DNA from: Octopus bimaculoides
Lineage: Eukaryota
Length of the DNA stretch: 63,809 nucleotides
Assembly: GCF_001194135.2 (NCBI RefSeq)
Contig: NC_068983.1
Span: forward strand, 7,065,534 to 7,129,342
Reading direction: 5' to 3'
Position 1 is the first letter of the stretch. The number at the start of each line of letters is the position of its first letter. This document shows positions 13,241-26,248 of this stretch, in pieces. Both the position numbers and the translations under genes were made by a program. Below the pieces are notes generated by a model, which searched no databases, had not been told where the DNA came from, and was given only the letters and a program-made list of their open reading frames with translations.

Positions 13241-13485
13241 ATTTAGAAGCTGTTGGTAGATGGTTAGTTAGACAGCAAGTTATAGACTAACGATCTGGAT
13301 AGGTAACTACAATGGTTAGATATCATCATCAGCATTGGTGTTGTTGTTGTTGTTAGTGATGTGTTGTTGTTGTTAGTATTGTTGTAGTAGTAAATCGATA
13401 TAGGTACTGATCGTGCAGTGTGGTGATGACTAGCTATGTAAGATCTGGACTGGGGAAATGAAATTCAGAGATAGATATGGAGAAA

Positions 13486-13540
<55 letters not shown>

Positions 13541-13637
13541 AGTGATAGATATTGTGATAGATATGAGGTGAGATATACCGAGCGATTAAGAGATATGTGC
13601 TGAGCAAGTGAGAGAAAGACAAAGCAAGTGAGAAAAA

Positions 13638-13670
<33 letters not shown>

Positions 13671-13860
13671 TGTGTAAGAACAATAGAATAAGGAAATAAT
13701 GAAGCTGAATATTTTTCAGTCCAAATAGACATTATATAACACGTGTGTGTGTGTGTGTGTGTAAATGTACATATGTATGTGTATTTGTGTGACTGTATGT
13801 ATGGGTTTCTGTCTGTGTATGCATGCATGTATGTATATATTTTGTGTGTTGATATATCCC

Positions 13861-13902
<42 letters not shown>

Positions 13903-14172
13903 TTAGATGTACAAGTCGGAGAAAGAGAAAAAAAAATGGATTTAATACATCTAGTTAGCTAGGAGTCTATTGATTTACTTGATGCTGAGGTTGCACAAGG
14001 TTGCTACTCTGAGTTTCTCAATTTCTATCATAGAATATGTATATATATAGTATTAATATTGATAAGGAGAACGGAGGTTTCCTTATGGTTAACCGGCATC
14101 TGAAACTGAGTTAAGAGGAAACATGGTAACCACCAGGATAATATATCGCCTTTAAACTCATTTTTGGATATG

Positions 14173-14224
<52 letters not shown>

Positions 14225-14373
14225 GTGGCTGTGTGGTAAGAAGTTTGCTTCCCAGACACATGGTTCTGGGTTCAGTCCCACTGCATGACACCTTGGGTGA
14301 ATCTCTTCTACTATACTTCAGGCTATCCAAAGGCTTGTGAGTGAATTTGATAGATGGAAACTGAAAGAAGCCC

Positions 14374-14409
<36 letters not shown>

Positions 14410-14410
<1 letters not shown>

Positions 14411-15060
14411 GTAACGGTTGAAATTTATTGCAACGGCATGTTGTAAGACAAACAATGCATGAAGTTGTGAAGAAAATATTTATTTTTACCGTTACATTAT
14501 ACAATACCTTACCTCGATGGGCAGGTGATGAAATCGTAGAGCATGCAAAGTAAAGTTAGATGCCGTAGATTTTCCTTGTATAGTTTTGTGTACCCAATTT
14601 CTTAGCAGTAATCCAAAGATAGAGATAGAATGATGTCGTAAGAGAACAGACTTAGAGTTAGTGAAAGTTGTAGAGTCGTGGGAAGATGTCTCATAGCTGC
14701 TGACAGTAAATTTCATTTCTCCCTTTGACCATTTGCTTTAGTAGCTGCCTTGCTTGTAATCACAATTCTAGTGGTCAGTTCACTAACTGATGTCAGCTCT
14801 CTCTCGACTCAGGAGGTGTCATTCATTAACTAACTGATTGAGTTATCATGAGCCGATTAACTCAGTTGTCTCCAAGTGACTAATTGATTTTTGCTTGGGG
14901 GTTCTTGCTTTTATAATAATCCAGAAGAACAGACATATTGTCGGAACAATAGATTTAGCTGGTGGTATTTGTTATCTTAATTCTAGCTTTTGGTGGTCTA
15001 GGAGAGGTTAGAAAGGTCAAGTGGTGAAGACACTATTTCAGGCCTAGCTAAGGCATCTAG
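14410..15060 (-). mobile_element. LTR-like element with only one end defined
   Basis: On the minus strand: TATAAAAG (14908-14914), donor GAG|GTAAGG, AATAAA (14425-14430) and terminal GTTACA. No TSD found. Confidence 0.4.
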
Positions 15061-15189
15061 CAAATGTAAAACTGCTGTCAGTACTTATTCTGGCGGTGGC
15101 TTTTACTGAACCACTAAGTTATTGGAATACAAACAAACCAACACTGGTTGTCAAGTGGTGGTTGGGAGACAGACACAAGGACATACACA

Positions 15190-15510
15190 TATAGGTGACA
15201 CGTAAAAAGCAGCATTCAAGCATGGTTCATGCCAGTGCCACCTGATTAGCTCCTGTACAAGTGGCACATAAAAAGCACTATTCGAGTGTGGTTGATGCCA
15301 GTGCTGTCTGACTGGTCCCCATACTGGTGGCACATAAAAAGCACCCACTACACTCTTGAAGTGGTTGGCATTAGGAAGGACATCCAGCTGGAGAAACCTT
15401 GCCAGACCAGAATGGAGCCAGGTGCAGCCTTCTGGCTTGCCAGTCCTCAGTCAAACCATCCAACCCATGCCAGCATGGAAAGCGGACATTAAACGATGAT
15501 GATGATGATG

Positions 15511-15512
<2 letters not shown>
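15190..15512 (+). mobile_element. Family C repeat with a LINE-like (GAT)n tail
   Basis: CACCCACTACACTCT..GGGCATCCAGCTG..CCATGCYAGCATGGAAAGCGGACRTTAAACGATGAT; further copies at 27585, 32550, 37107, 61085 (+) and 29140, 33820, 57675 (-). Confidence 0.85.
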
Positions 15513-15578
<66 letters not shown>

Positions 15579-15721
15579 ACTTCTTTCAGTTTCCATCTAC
15601 CAAATCCATTCACAAGGCTATAGTAGAAGACACTTGACCAAGGTGTCACACAGTGGGACTGAACCCAGAACCATGTGGTTGGGAAGCAAACTTTTTACTG
15701 CAGAGCCATGCTTGGGCCTTT

Positions 15722-16057
15722 ATTGATGGTGAAAATATTGAATTCAGAAGGTGGCCAAAGTTGTTATTGGAAAAATAGTGGATAATTTTGTGGGCTTCTC
15801 CCAAGTTGACTGTTAGCTGTTGAAGCTTTAGTGTGTCAGTGCCAAAGAAGCAAGGTGTTCAAGATATGGTAAGCAAATGACAGAGTATTAATGTCATTGC
15901 AAGTCTTTGGACAGCTTCCAGTAGATCAATATTGTGGACAAGACCGGGTTCCAAACTGGCGATGCAAATTGTGTGTACGTATCACAGCCATATATAGCCA
16001 TAGCTATATGAAGCATTTGTCTCATGATTTTGTTATTTTAAAGGAATTTTAGGGATT
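15722..16057 (-). mobile_element. CR1/L2-type LINE 3' fragment
   Basis: FASPVWNP, then HNIDLLEAVQRLA, then DTLKLQQLTVNLGEAHKIIH across frameshifts; typical CR1-group ORF2 C-terminal motifs. Confidence 0.75.
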
Positions 16058-16869
16058 ATAATAGGGCAATGACTTTTCTGTTCACTCAGAACTAAAACGT
16101 AGGGTCAAATTCATTTTAAAATCGCCATTTACTACAGCTCCAAGCCTCACCCTATGACTTAATCACATCCATAAACACCACCCATGCCAATGTATACAAG
16201 CAGTTACAAGGCCTTCATACCACACAGACACACACAGATAAAGCTGGACATAAACACATACATGTACAAGCCTTCATATTTATACACACACATATTTAGA
16301 CACGGGCATAGAATACATACTACCACACACACACACACATGTAAATATAAATACACACCTATCTAAATAGTCACTGTAACAAACATTCCAACACATATAA
16401 GCCCACACAATCAGTCCTACACACACACACACATATGTTCATGCACACAAACACACGTACACACTTGCATAGAGTGTTTTGCTATTTAATTTATCATCAA
16501 ATTAATATCCTCATCATTTTACAGTCATTCAAGTGAAAAATCCCCATTGTACAATATCTAACCGGAAATAGCTGCAATCTGAATATTCAACATCATATGT
16601 ACTTGCACACATATATATGTGTGTGTGTGTTTGTGTTTATATACATATACATATATATGTATATATAAACAGACACACATACACATATATACATACATAC
16701 ATATATTTATACATATGTATGTATACAAGAAAGTAGCTACTGCATATATATATTTATCTAATATTTTTTACAAATAAAGAGCGTGTAAATATCTGTGTAT
16801 AATTATGTATGAATATTTATAAGGCATTATATATAAGTATATTTATATATATTCATATGTATATGTGCA

Positions 16870-16941
<72 letters not shown>

Positions 16942-17504
16942 GATAGATATATATGTAATGTATATACATATGAATATTTATACGTTATAAATGCACGTGT
17001 GTACGAACATTTAATATATAGATATATTAAATATTCACATTAAATGTATAATGTTAAGAGTAAAATAATTTACATCAAATGTGACATCATGCTAACTGAG
17101 GTACCACCTCAGAGAAGAATTACAGACAAAATAAATGGTTCAAACATGCAAATCGGTTTTAACAAACACCTGGTCTTTGGATGCTTTTAGCAGAGTTCAT
17201 TCTGTTATAATCACGCAAAGCAATCTCCCAATTCTCTCTCCTCACCTATGTATTTTTCTATATTGATCTACAGATATTCAGGCTGACTATTGTCTACACC
17301 AATTCAACTAGTCTGAGAAGTTCTGGAAAAACCATGGATCTTATCCCTCTGTTTTTGTGGCTGTGTGGTTAAGAAGCTTGTCTATGAACCATGTGGTTTC
17401 AGGTTCAGTCTCTTAGCATGGTACCTTGGGTAGCTGTCTTCTATTACAGCTCTGGGTCAATCAAGGTTTTATGGGTGGATTTGATAGACAGAAACTGAAA
17501 GAAG

Positions 17505-17735
17505 GCAGCGAGCTGGCAGAAACGTTAGCATGCTGGGCGAAATGCTTAGCGGTATTTCGTCTGTCTTTATGTTCTGAGTTCAAATTCCGCTGAGGTCGAC
17601 TTTGCCCTTCATCCTTTCGGGGTCGATAAATTAAGTACCAGTGACACACTGGTGTCGATGTAATCAACTTGATCCCTTTGTCTGTCCTTGTTTGTCCCCT
17701 ATATGTTTAGCCCCTTGTGGGCAATAAAGAAATAA
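17505..17735 (+). mobile_element. Young SINE family B with a 14-bp TSD, nested in SINE A
   Basis: GCAGCGAGCTGGCAGAAACG head, GGGCAATAAAGAAATAA tail; TSD GAAACT(G/C)AAAGAAG. Confidence 0.9.
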
Positions 17736-18043
17736 GAAACTCAAAGAAGCCCATGTCATACAAGCAGTGTTTTTTGTTTCAAGTCTTTCATGAAAAACAT
17801 GTCTAGCCATGAGAAAATATTACCTTGCTTAGAAACAGGGGGAATGGTGGTGACAGGAAGTGCATCCAGCTGTCTGCCTCAATTAATTCAGTTTCACTCA
17901 TACAGACATGGGAAATGGGTGTTAAACAATGATGATGATGATGAGGGGGAAGAGGAAGATTAGTGATCAGCAACTTTATGTAATGACCCTCACCCCAGTT
18001 GGATTTGTGGTGGGGAGTTATTTTACATTTGTCCATGATTTAT

Positions 18044-18405
18044 CTTTTACTTATTTCACTCATTAGGCTATGGTCATGCTGGGGCACTACATTGAAGAAT
18101 TATTAGTCAAATGAATTGACCCCAGAACTTGTTTTCCTTTCTTTTGCTGAACTGCTAAGCTACGGGGACATAAACACACCAGCGCCAGTTGTCAAGTAGC
18201 GGTGGGGGACAAACACAGCCAGAAAGACACACACACATACACACATTTGATGGGCTTCTTTCAGCTTCCATCTATCAAATTCATTCACAAGACTTTGGTT
18301 GGCCCGAGGCTATAGCACAAGACACCTGCCCAAGGTGCCACATTGTGGGACTGAACCCAGAATCATGTGGTTGGGAAGCAAGCTTCTTACCACACAGCCA
18401 TACTC
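18044..18405 (-). mobile_element. SINE family A
   Basis: Same blocks. Confidence 0.8.
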
Positions 18406-19026
18406 ATGCCGATATATGTATATATATTATTCATATATCTTAGCCATAAGAAAATTACCAAGGTACATCTCCCTCCATTTCCATCACTAGCAATATTTAT
18501 ATAAACAGATATTAAACAGATCATAACACAAGACTCTTTAAAAAGCCATCACTGCTTAATGGCCCAAGAATACATTAAATTAGAAAAAAAATTGAGGCCC
18601 ACAGAGAACAATATCTCAGTGACCAACCTATTGTCAACTTATTATTTGAAATAAAACTTTGCTTTTGTTCTCTCTATCTCTTTCTCTTCCTCTCTTTCTC
18701 TCCCTTTTTTTCTCTCTCCCTCTCTATCTCCCCTTATCTTTTTCCCTCTCGCCTCCATCTCTCTCACTCTAGTAGTGCCACAAACACAAAATCACTTGTC
18801 TGATACTATCTGAACAATATTGTTTCTCCTCAGTTAAGACCTGTGTCTCTCAACTACAGCTCTTGAACATCCTTCTAGGGGCCCACAATGGTCTTTCCTC
18901 TGTAGATATAACAAAACTTTCTTGAATTGACATGTATCTTGCTTTTTCTTGGTGTGGCCCCCTAAAAAAATCCAGATTTTGGATCTGGTCCAGATATCTA
19001 AAAGGTTGAGAACCATTAATCAAGAC

Positions 19027-19365
19027 CAGGGGTTCTCAACCATTTTTTTTTATCTTTGGACTCCTTTGATTGCTATTTTATTCTGGTTGACCCCTGTAGC
19101 CATTCAATATTTAAAAACTAGTTTCATAGAAACTTCTTTCAAAATCTCTATTTTGTTATTCACACATTTACTTATGTAGGTTGAACTATGTAAAATGTTA
19201 GAGAAAGAAACCCAGCTGTTTCTTGAAATACATACCAATATATACATCTAAAACAAAAGTTTTTTAAGGGCCCCTAAAATACTATTGCAGATACCCAATT
19301 TACTGTTTTGTTGAGTGGACCCCTAAAAATCTTATATAACCACCTGAGGGTCCATTGGTTAAAAC
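19027..19365. mobile_element. hAT-like MITE of the same family as 29054
   Basis: CAGGGGTTCTCAACC start; internal sequence matches 29430-29686 in reverse orientation. Confidence 0.55.
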
Positions 19366-21345
19366 AGTCACCCATGACTCAAGAGAAAAAGCCTTAGCCC
19401 AAGTCAAAGTAGGAGCCTGTATGCAGTCACTCAACCTGCTAGAAATAGCAATCAAATCTCAAAAAATCACATCACAGCTTATCATCTTATAAATGAAAAG
19501 AGACATTAGACAATATAGTCCTAGACAGAAATTTGATGGTCAAAGAAGGAAGACCTTTATTTATAGCTCTTCTGGGTCAGCAAAATTATCACTCATGGCT
19601 AAGACTCTCTTTTATCTTATCCTCTCTGTCTCAAGTCACCCTCGTGACATACAACTTGCCCATGAGAGAGCAATCGGCATGGAAGCTTAATCAGTGAGAA
19701 ATAGTAGTCAATTTTTCCCTCTCTTTCCACAAAAAAACCCACCCCCACCTAACATGCACACACATCCTATCCTTACAACAAAAATAATAATTTAATGCCA
19801 TATTACATTACATAGTCCTTGATACACTATGCCTGAAACAAAAATAGGATGGCCAAAGCTGAAAGGATTTTAATCATAGATCAACCTAATCTAGACTAGC
19901 CAAACGTTAAATAACAACAACAGCAACAACATTACAAACGGACTTGTTAATTACCTCAACAATGTCAATGAATTTGATCATTTTCATTCAACGTCACTTC
20001 AAAATAAATATGTCAAGGAGCAATAACCCTACCCTCATGATTCATTTAAATTGTATTTGGCCAAATTCCTCCAAAGAATTTCTACAGAAGCAGTCATACC
20101 TTCATTATCATTCTATTGCTAAACAACATCTTTTTTTACACGAAAGCCAAATGTGGTTTAAATTATCGCTTAATACTCAGTAATTAAGTGCTGGAATTAT
20201 CATTTAATACCCATTCACTTTGCGACTGCATTATTACTGAATAGGTGCAAACATGGCTGTAGTTAAGACACTTGCCTTGCAACCATGTAGTTTTCGGTTC
20301 AATCCCACTGTACGGCACTTTTGGTTAGTGCCTTCTAATAGAGCCTCAGGTCAACAAAAATCTTGCGAGTGGACTTGATTGATGGAAACTGAAAGAAAGC
20401 CACTATGTATTTGTTGTTTGTGTTCCCTTGTCATATAAATGAGTCAAGGTGCATGGCTCAATGGTTAGGGTGTTGGACTCATGATTGTAAGACTAGGCAA
20501 TGTATTGTGTTCTTGAGCAAAACACTTTATTTCACGATGGTCCAGTCCACTCAGCTGGCAAAAATGAGTAATCCTGCAACAGACCAGCATCCTGTCCAGG
20601 TGAGGAGTCAGCATGCCATGAAAAGGAAGGAACTTTAGTTGTAAATGAATGTCCCTGTCATAGAAGCAGTGTTATTCATTTCCAATATTCTACAAAAACA
20701 TGTCTGGGCAAGGAGAAATATTATCTTGTTTGGAATCAGGTGAGAGTTGGTAGCTGGAAGGGCATCCAGTTGTAAAAAATCTATCTCAAAGTTTTGTGTT
20801 GAGAGGACAAGGGAAATATTACCTTGCTTGGAAACAGGTGAGGTTTGGCAACAGAAAGTGCATCCGACCATAGAACATCTACCTCAATGAAATGTGTTGA
20901 GACAGATTTTTTCTATGGCTGAATGCCTTTCCAGTTGCCAACTCTCACCCGTATCAGAGCAAGGTAATGTTTTTCTTATTCCTTCAAATAAAATGATTAA
21001 GAGAAATAGTGTTGTTGTTGTTGTTGTTTAGCTCCAAGGTAACGAGCTGGTAGAATCGTTAGCATGCTGGGCGAAATGCTTAGCAGTATTTCTTCTGATG
21101 CTGCATTCTGAGTTCAAATTCCACCAAGGTCGACTTTGCCTTTCTTCCTTTCGGGGTCGATAAATAAAGTACTAGTGGCATGCTGGGGTCGATGTAATTG
21201 ACTAGTTCCCTCCCGCCAAATTCCAGGCCTTGTACCTATTGTAGAAAGGATTGTCATTTAGCTCCGATTAAACAGACATATTTTACAAAGAAAAAAAACA
21301 ATTATTCTATTTGTGTCTACCGTCAGACATAACGTATCAGAACAA

Positions 21346-21381
<36 letters not shown>

Positions 21382-21499
21382 ACCTGCATGCATGTGTGTG
21401 TATGTGTTCATTTATGATAGTAAGATGTGATTTGAGGGAGATTTGGTTGCTCCATCTAGCAGGCTGAGGAACCAAATTGAGGCTAAATTGTGGGTAGAA

Positions 21500-22470
21500 C
21501 GAATATCTGTGGAGTCTGTTGTGGTGGTAGTGTTCTAAGCTGCCACAGTAGAAGTGCTTTGGAGTATAGTTAAAGTGTTTAGATATAAGTGGTGTTATTG
21601 TTGGAGTAGTAGTGGTTATGTGTGTGATACTGTAGCAGCATTTCAATATCTGTAATGTTATGATGATGTTCTGTGGTGTTCTGATGTGTTTTTAAGATGG
21701 TTTAGATGTCTATGATATTTGTAATAGTGTTCTAATCTTCTGTAAACATGTTTAAAAAATATCTATGATATTATTATAATGTTCAGGCATGTTTTTAATA
21801 TGTTTAAATATCAGTCATATTGTGATAGTGTTCTGTGCTGTTCTAAACATGTTTAAATATCTGCGATGTGGTAATAGTGTTCTGTGGTGTTCTTAACATG
21901 TTTAGATATCTATGGTGGTGTGCTAGTGTTCTGTAGTGTTGTAGTGATGTTTTGTGGTGCATTTAACATCTTTGATATCTGTAGTGCTATGATAGTGTTC
22001 TCTGGTGTTGTAGCAGCCTTCTGGAATATTATTAAGATGTTTAAATAACTATGATTGTGTCATAGTGTTCTCTTGTGCTGTAGCGATGTTTTGTTCTTAA
22101 CATGTTTAGATATATGTGGTGGTGTAATAGTGTTTTGTTTTCTGGTAGTGTTCTGTTCTGTTTTTAACATGTTTAGATATCTGTGATACTGTGATAGTGT
22201 TCTCTGGTGTTGTAATAATTTTCTGAAATATTGTGAACATGTTTAAATATCTCTATTGTTGTAGTAGTGTTCTGTTCTGTTTTTAACATGTTTAGATATC
22301 TGTGGTGTTGTAGTTGATTTCTTGTGTTTTTTAGGCATTAAGCTATCTGTAGAATTATAGAAATGCTATGGCATGTTGTTAAGGTGTTTAATATACATGG
22401 TGTTCTATATTATTGTTAACATGTTTAAAATGTCTATAGTTTTATGATAGTGTTCCATAGTGTTGTAGTC
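21500..22470 (+). repeat. Degenerate minisatellite of about 40 bp (GTGATAGTGTTCTGTGGTGTTCTTAACATGTTTAGATATCT-like)
   Basis: Repeated AACATGTTTARATATCT and TAGTGTTCT blocks. Confidence 0.75.
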
Positions 22471-22516
22471 ATCCGGGGAGTCATGGAGATATCTATGTAT
22501 CTGTGCTGCTGTTAGG

Positions 22517-22583
22517 GAGGTAATTAGAGGAGGTAATTAGAGGAGGTAATTAGAGGAGGTAATTAGGGAGGTAATTAGAGGAG
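22517..22583 (+). repeat. Five-copy 13-bp tandem repeat GAGGTAATTAGAG
   Basis: Direct reading; one unit is 12 bp. Confidence 0.9.
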
Positions 22584-22694
22584 ACATGCAGAAGACTGAT
22601 GTCGCAATGTTGGAGTTGGCATGTTTACGTATTTGCTTGTATTTGCGGTTAATTAGACATGTAGTTGTGAAAGGTGATGTGTCTGGTTGGAGCT

Positions 22695-22750
<56 letters not shown>

Positions 22751-23433
22751 GCGAGAGTGAGCAGACATCATGTGAGGTGAGCTCTTTCATCTCTTCTATA
22801 ATCTTTCANNNNNNNNNNNNNNNNNNNNNNNNNNNNNNNNNNNNNNNNNNNNNNNNNNNNNNNNNNNNNNNNNNNNNNNNNNNNNNNNNNNNNNNNNNNN
22901 NNNNNNNNNNNNNNNNNNNNNNNNNNNNNNNNNNNNNNNNNNNNNNNNNNNNNNNNNNNNNNNNNNNNNNNNNNNNNNNNNNNNNNNNNNNNNNNNNNNN
23001 NNNNNNNNNNNNNNNNNNNNNNNNNNNNNNNNNNNNNNNNNNNNNNNNNNNNNNNNNNNNNNNNNNNNNNNNNNNNNNNNNNNNNNNNNNNNNNNNNNNN
23101 NNNNNNNNNNNNNNNNNNNNNNNNNNNNNNNNNNNNNNNNNNNNNNNNNNNNNNNNNNNNNNNNNNNNNNNNNNNNNNNNNNNNNNNNNNNNNNNNNNNN
23201 NNNNNNNNNNNNNNNNNNNNNNNNNNNNNNNNNNNNNNNNNNNNNNNNNNNNNNNNNNNNNNNNNNNNNNNNNNNNNNNNNNNNNNNNNNNNNNNNNNNN
23301 NNNNNNNNNNNNNNNNNNNNNNNNNNNNNNNNNNNNNNNNNNNNNNNNNNNNNNNNNNNNNNNNNNNTAATCACGGCTCCCAGGGCCATCAGCCTCCCTC
23401 AAGCATCCTTCCGGCAGCCCTCAACAGTCTTCT

Positions 23434-23481
<48 letters not shown>

Positions 23482-23922
23482 AATATATATTCTTTTATTC
23501 TTTTACTAGTTTGTCATTTGAGTGCAGCCATGCTGGAGCACCAACTTCTAGTCAAAGAAATCAACCCTAGGACTTATTCTTTGTAAGTTTGGTACTTATT
23601 CTATCGGTCTCTTTTGCCGAACCGCTAAGTTATGGGGACATTAACACACCAACATTGGTTGCCAAGCGATAGTGGCTCTCCTGACTAAAAAGATAGAAAA
23701 GAAAGGGCTAAATAAGAAAAAAATAAATATTAAATTAAAATATTTTTTAGTAGATGGGTGCGGGGATGAATGAGGGGGTGGTTAAGAAGTTTGCTTCCCA
23801 ACCATGTGGTCTTGGGTTCAGTTCCCACTACGACATGGCACCTTGGGTATGTGTCTTCCACCATAGCCTCAGGCAGACCAAAGCCTTGTGAGAGGATTTG
23901 GTTGGCGGAAACTGAAAGAAGC

Positions 23923-24156
23923 GAGCTGGCAGAACCGTTAGCAGGCCGGGCGAAATGCTTAGCGGTATTTCGTCTGCCGTTACGTTCTGAGTTCAAATTC
24001 CGCCGAGGTCGACTTTGCCTTTCATCCTTTCGAGGTCGATAAATAAAGTGCCAGTTACGCACTGGGGTCGATGTAATTGACTTAATCCCTTTGTCTGTCC
24101 TTGTTTGTCCCCTCTATGTTTAGCCCCTTGAGGGCAATAAAGAAATAAACGAAATA
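23923..24156 (+). mobile_element. Young SINE family B with a 16-bp TSD, nested in SINE A
   Basis: GGAAACTGAAAGAAGC at 23907-23922 and 24157-24172. Confidence 0.9.
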
Positions 24157-25361
24157 GGAAACTGAAAGAAGCCGGTTTTGTGTATGTATGTGTGTGTGTA
24201 TGTGTGTGTGTGTATTCGTGTATTTGTGTGTATATTTGTGTATGTGTGTATGTATATGTGTCTCTGTGTGTGTATGTTTGTGTATGTGTGTATGTATATG
24301 TGTCTTTGTGTATGTGTGTGTATATATACATACGTGTGTGTGGGGGTGGTGGATGGGGGTGTGTGTATTCGTGTATGTGTGTATATTTGTGTATATGTGT
24401 ATGTATATGTGTATGTATATGTGTCTCTGTGTGTGTATGTGTGTGTATATATACATATGTATGTGTGTATATATATATATATACTTATAAATATGTATGT
24501 GTGTGTGTCTGTGTATCCTTGTCTTAACCTCATGTGATAGTTGTTAACGAATATTACTGCCATACAAACCATCCTTCATTTGTTAATCTTGCATACAAAA
24601 CATGTCTTAGCCTTGGGGAAATATTATCTCGCTTGAAAACAAGACAATTGGCAACAAGATGGACATCCCTCTGTAGAAAATCTGCCTCAGCAAACTCCAC
24701 CTAACCCAGGCAAGCATGGAAAAGTGGACATTAAATGATGATGATAATGTTGATGAAGATAACGATGATAGACTGGTTGAGATTGCTTCCATTCAATCAT
24801 ATTGCTGGCTGGCTGAAACTGGTTCTGTCCAGTTATATAATGATAATATGATGTATATCTTAAAGGGCATTATTAAAGTTAAGTTCCTTTTATGCCAACC
24901 ATAGTGGAAAATTATATATTATTATATATTCATTTCTTTGTTTGCTTTACATCTGTTTATCTATGCCTGCATGGATTACATGAATATGTATTCAGCTATT
25001 GTTTTTACGGTCATATGCTGTTCCTATCATTAAACCCTGTTTGTTTTACAACTAATGGATTTTCTATTCCACTTGTCTTTGAAAATGCAGTGCTTTGGAA
25101 GGATTTGTTTGCAGAGAATGTCAACAAGTGACACTGTTTTTCCACTCAGTGGTTTTCATGCATGGATACACAATGTAAACATGTATGCCACACACACATA
25201 CACACACACACACTTCACACCTTCTGTCTACCTGTTTCACTAACAAGGCATTAGTTGATCCAAGGCTATATAGTAGCAGACACTTATTCAAAGTGCCATG
25301 CAAAGAAATAGAACTTGTGACCTGGTGGTTATTATGCAAGCTCCGTATCCACACAACCATA

Positions 25362-25420
<59 letters not shown>

Positions 25421-25724
25421 AGGATTGTTTGTATGAACTGGAGAAATAAGAAAATAAGACTCAAAACATAAAACATTGCATATAATAATGCCAAGGTGAA
25501 CTTTACCTTTCATCTTTTCAGGGTGGATGAAATAAGCACCAGTCAAGTATGGTGGGGTGGGTCAATGTAATTAACTAGCTCCTCCCCCCCCCCAAAAAAA
25601 AATTAAGACCTTGTGCCTCTAGTATAAAGAACAACCTTTTACTTACAATTCTATATTTAAGAGATCAGGAATTATTTACATTGTTTACATTTTCCAGATA
25701 TTTGTCCTCATCTTGTTTGTTGTT

Positions 25725-25770
25725 AACACAACGTTTCAGCTGATATACCCTCCAGCCTTCATCAGGTGTC
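25725..25770 (-). ncRNA. Minimal type-I hammerhead-like motif (mirror copy)
   Basis: GACAC-CTGATGA-A-GGCTG(loop)CAGCT-GAAAC-GTT-GTGTT on the minus strand. Confidence 0.55.
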
Positions 25771-26075
25771 TTGGGGAAATTTCAAACCAGGATTCTCATT
25801 CCTAAGGTATTTTGCAATGTTATTATTATCATTATTGTTATTATTATTGTTCAGGTCATTGCTTGGAATCGAACTTGGAATCTTGGGGTTAGTAGTCCGA
25901 TCTCTTAACCACTATGCCCACGGGCATATGGCATAGTGGTTAAGAGCGCTGGCTACTAACCCCAAGATTCCGAGTTCGATTCCAGGCAGTGAATAATAAT
26001 AATAATAACAATAATAATAACAACAACATTGAAAAATACCTTAGGAATGAGAACCCAGGTTCGAAATTTCCCCAA

Positions 26076-26121
26076 GACACCTGACGAAGGCTGGAGGGTA
26101 TATCAGCAGAAACGTTGTGTT
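26076..26121 (+). ncRNA. Minimal type-I hammerhead-like motif
   Basis: GACAC-CTGACGA-A-GGCTG(loop)CAGCA-GAAAC-GTT-GTGTT; stem I GACAC/GTGTT; AACGTT palindrome in place of stem III. Confidence 0.5.
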
Positions 26122-26248
26122 AACAACAAACAAGATGAGGACGAATATCCCTCAAATGAAAATAATGAATCTTTTACTTGTTTCAGTCATTAGACTGTGG
26201 CCATACTGGGGCATTGCCTTGAAGAATTTTAGGTGAACAAATCAAGCT

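Larger units (their letters stand above)
25698..26149. mobile_element. About 450-bp palindromic element: head-to-head tRNA-derived heads, (TAA)n, and Penelope-like tails with hammerhead-like motifs
   Basis: Arms 25698-25918 and 25930-26149 are reverse complements; A box TGGCATAGTGG and B box GAGTTCGATTC face outward. Confidence 0.85.

Noticed and set aside
11751-13290. Long ORFs of 300-400 aa, and similar ones at 22.8, 42.8, 45.4, 50, 52.5 and 56 kb
   Set aside because: They are made of N gaps and dinucleotide repeats (YI, CV and HT runs).
15818-15868. + strand exon ending ATG|gtaagc
   Set aside because: It lies antisense within a CR1-type LINE fragment.
21500-22583. CRISPR-like array
   Set aside because: Degenerate contiguous tandem repeats with no unique spacers, in eukaryotic DNA.
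25930-25995. tRNA gene
   Set aside because: A and B boxes are present but there is no acceptor stem or complete cloverleaf; it is a SINE head. The same applies at 10127, 10668 and 41228.
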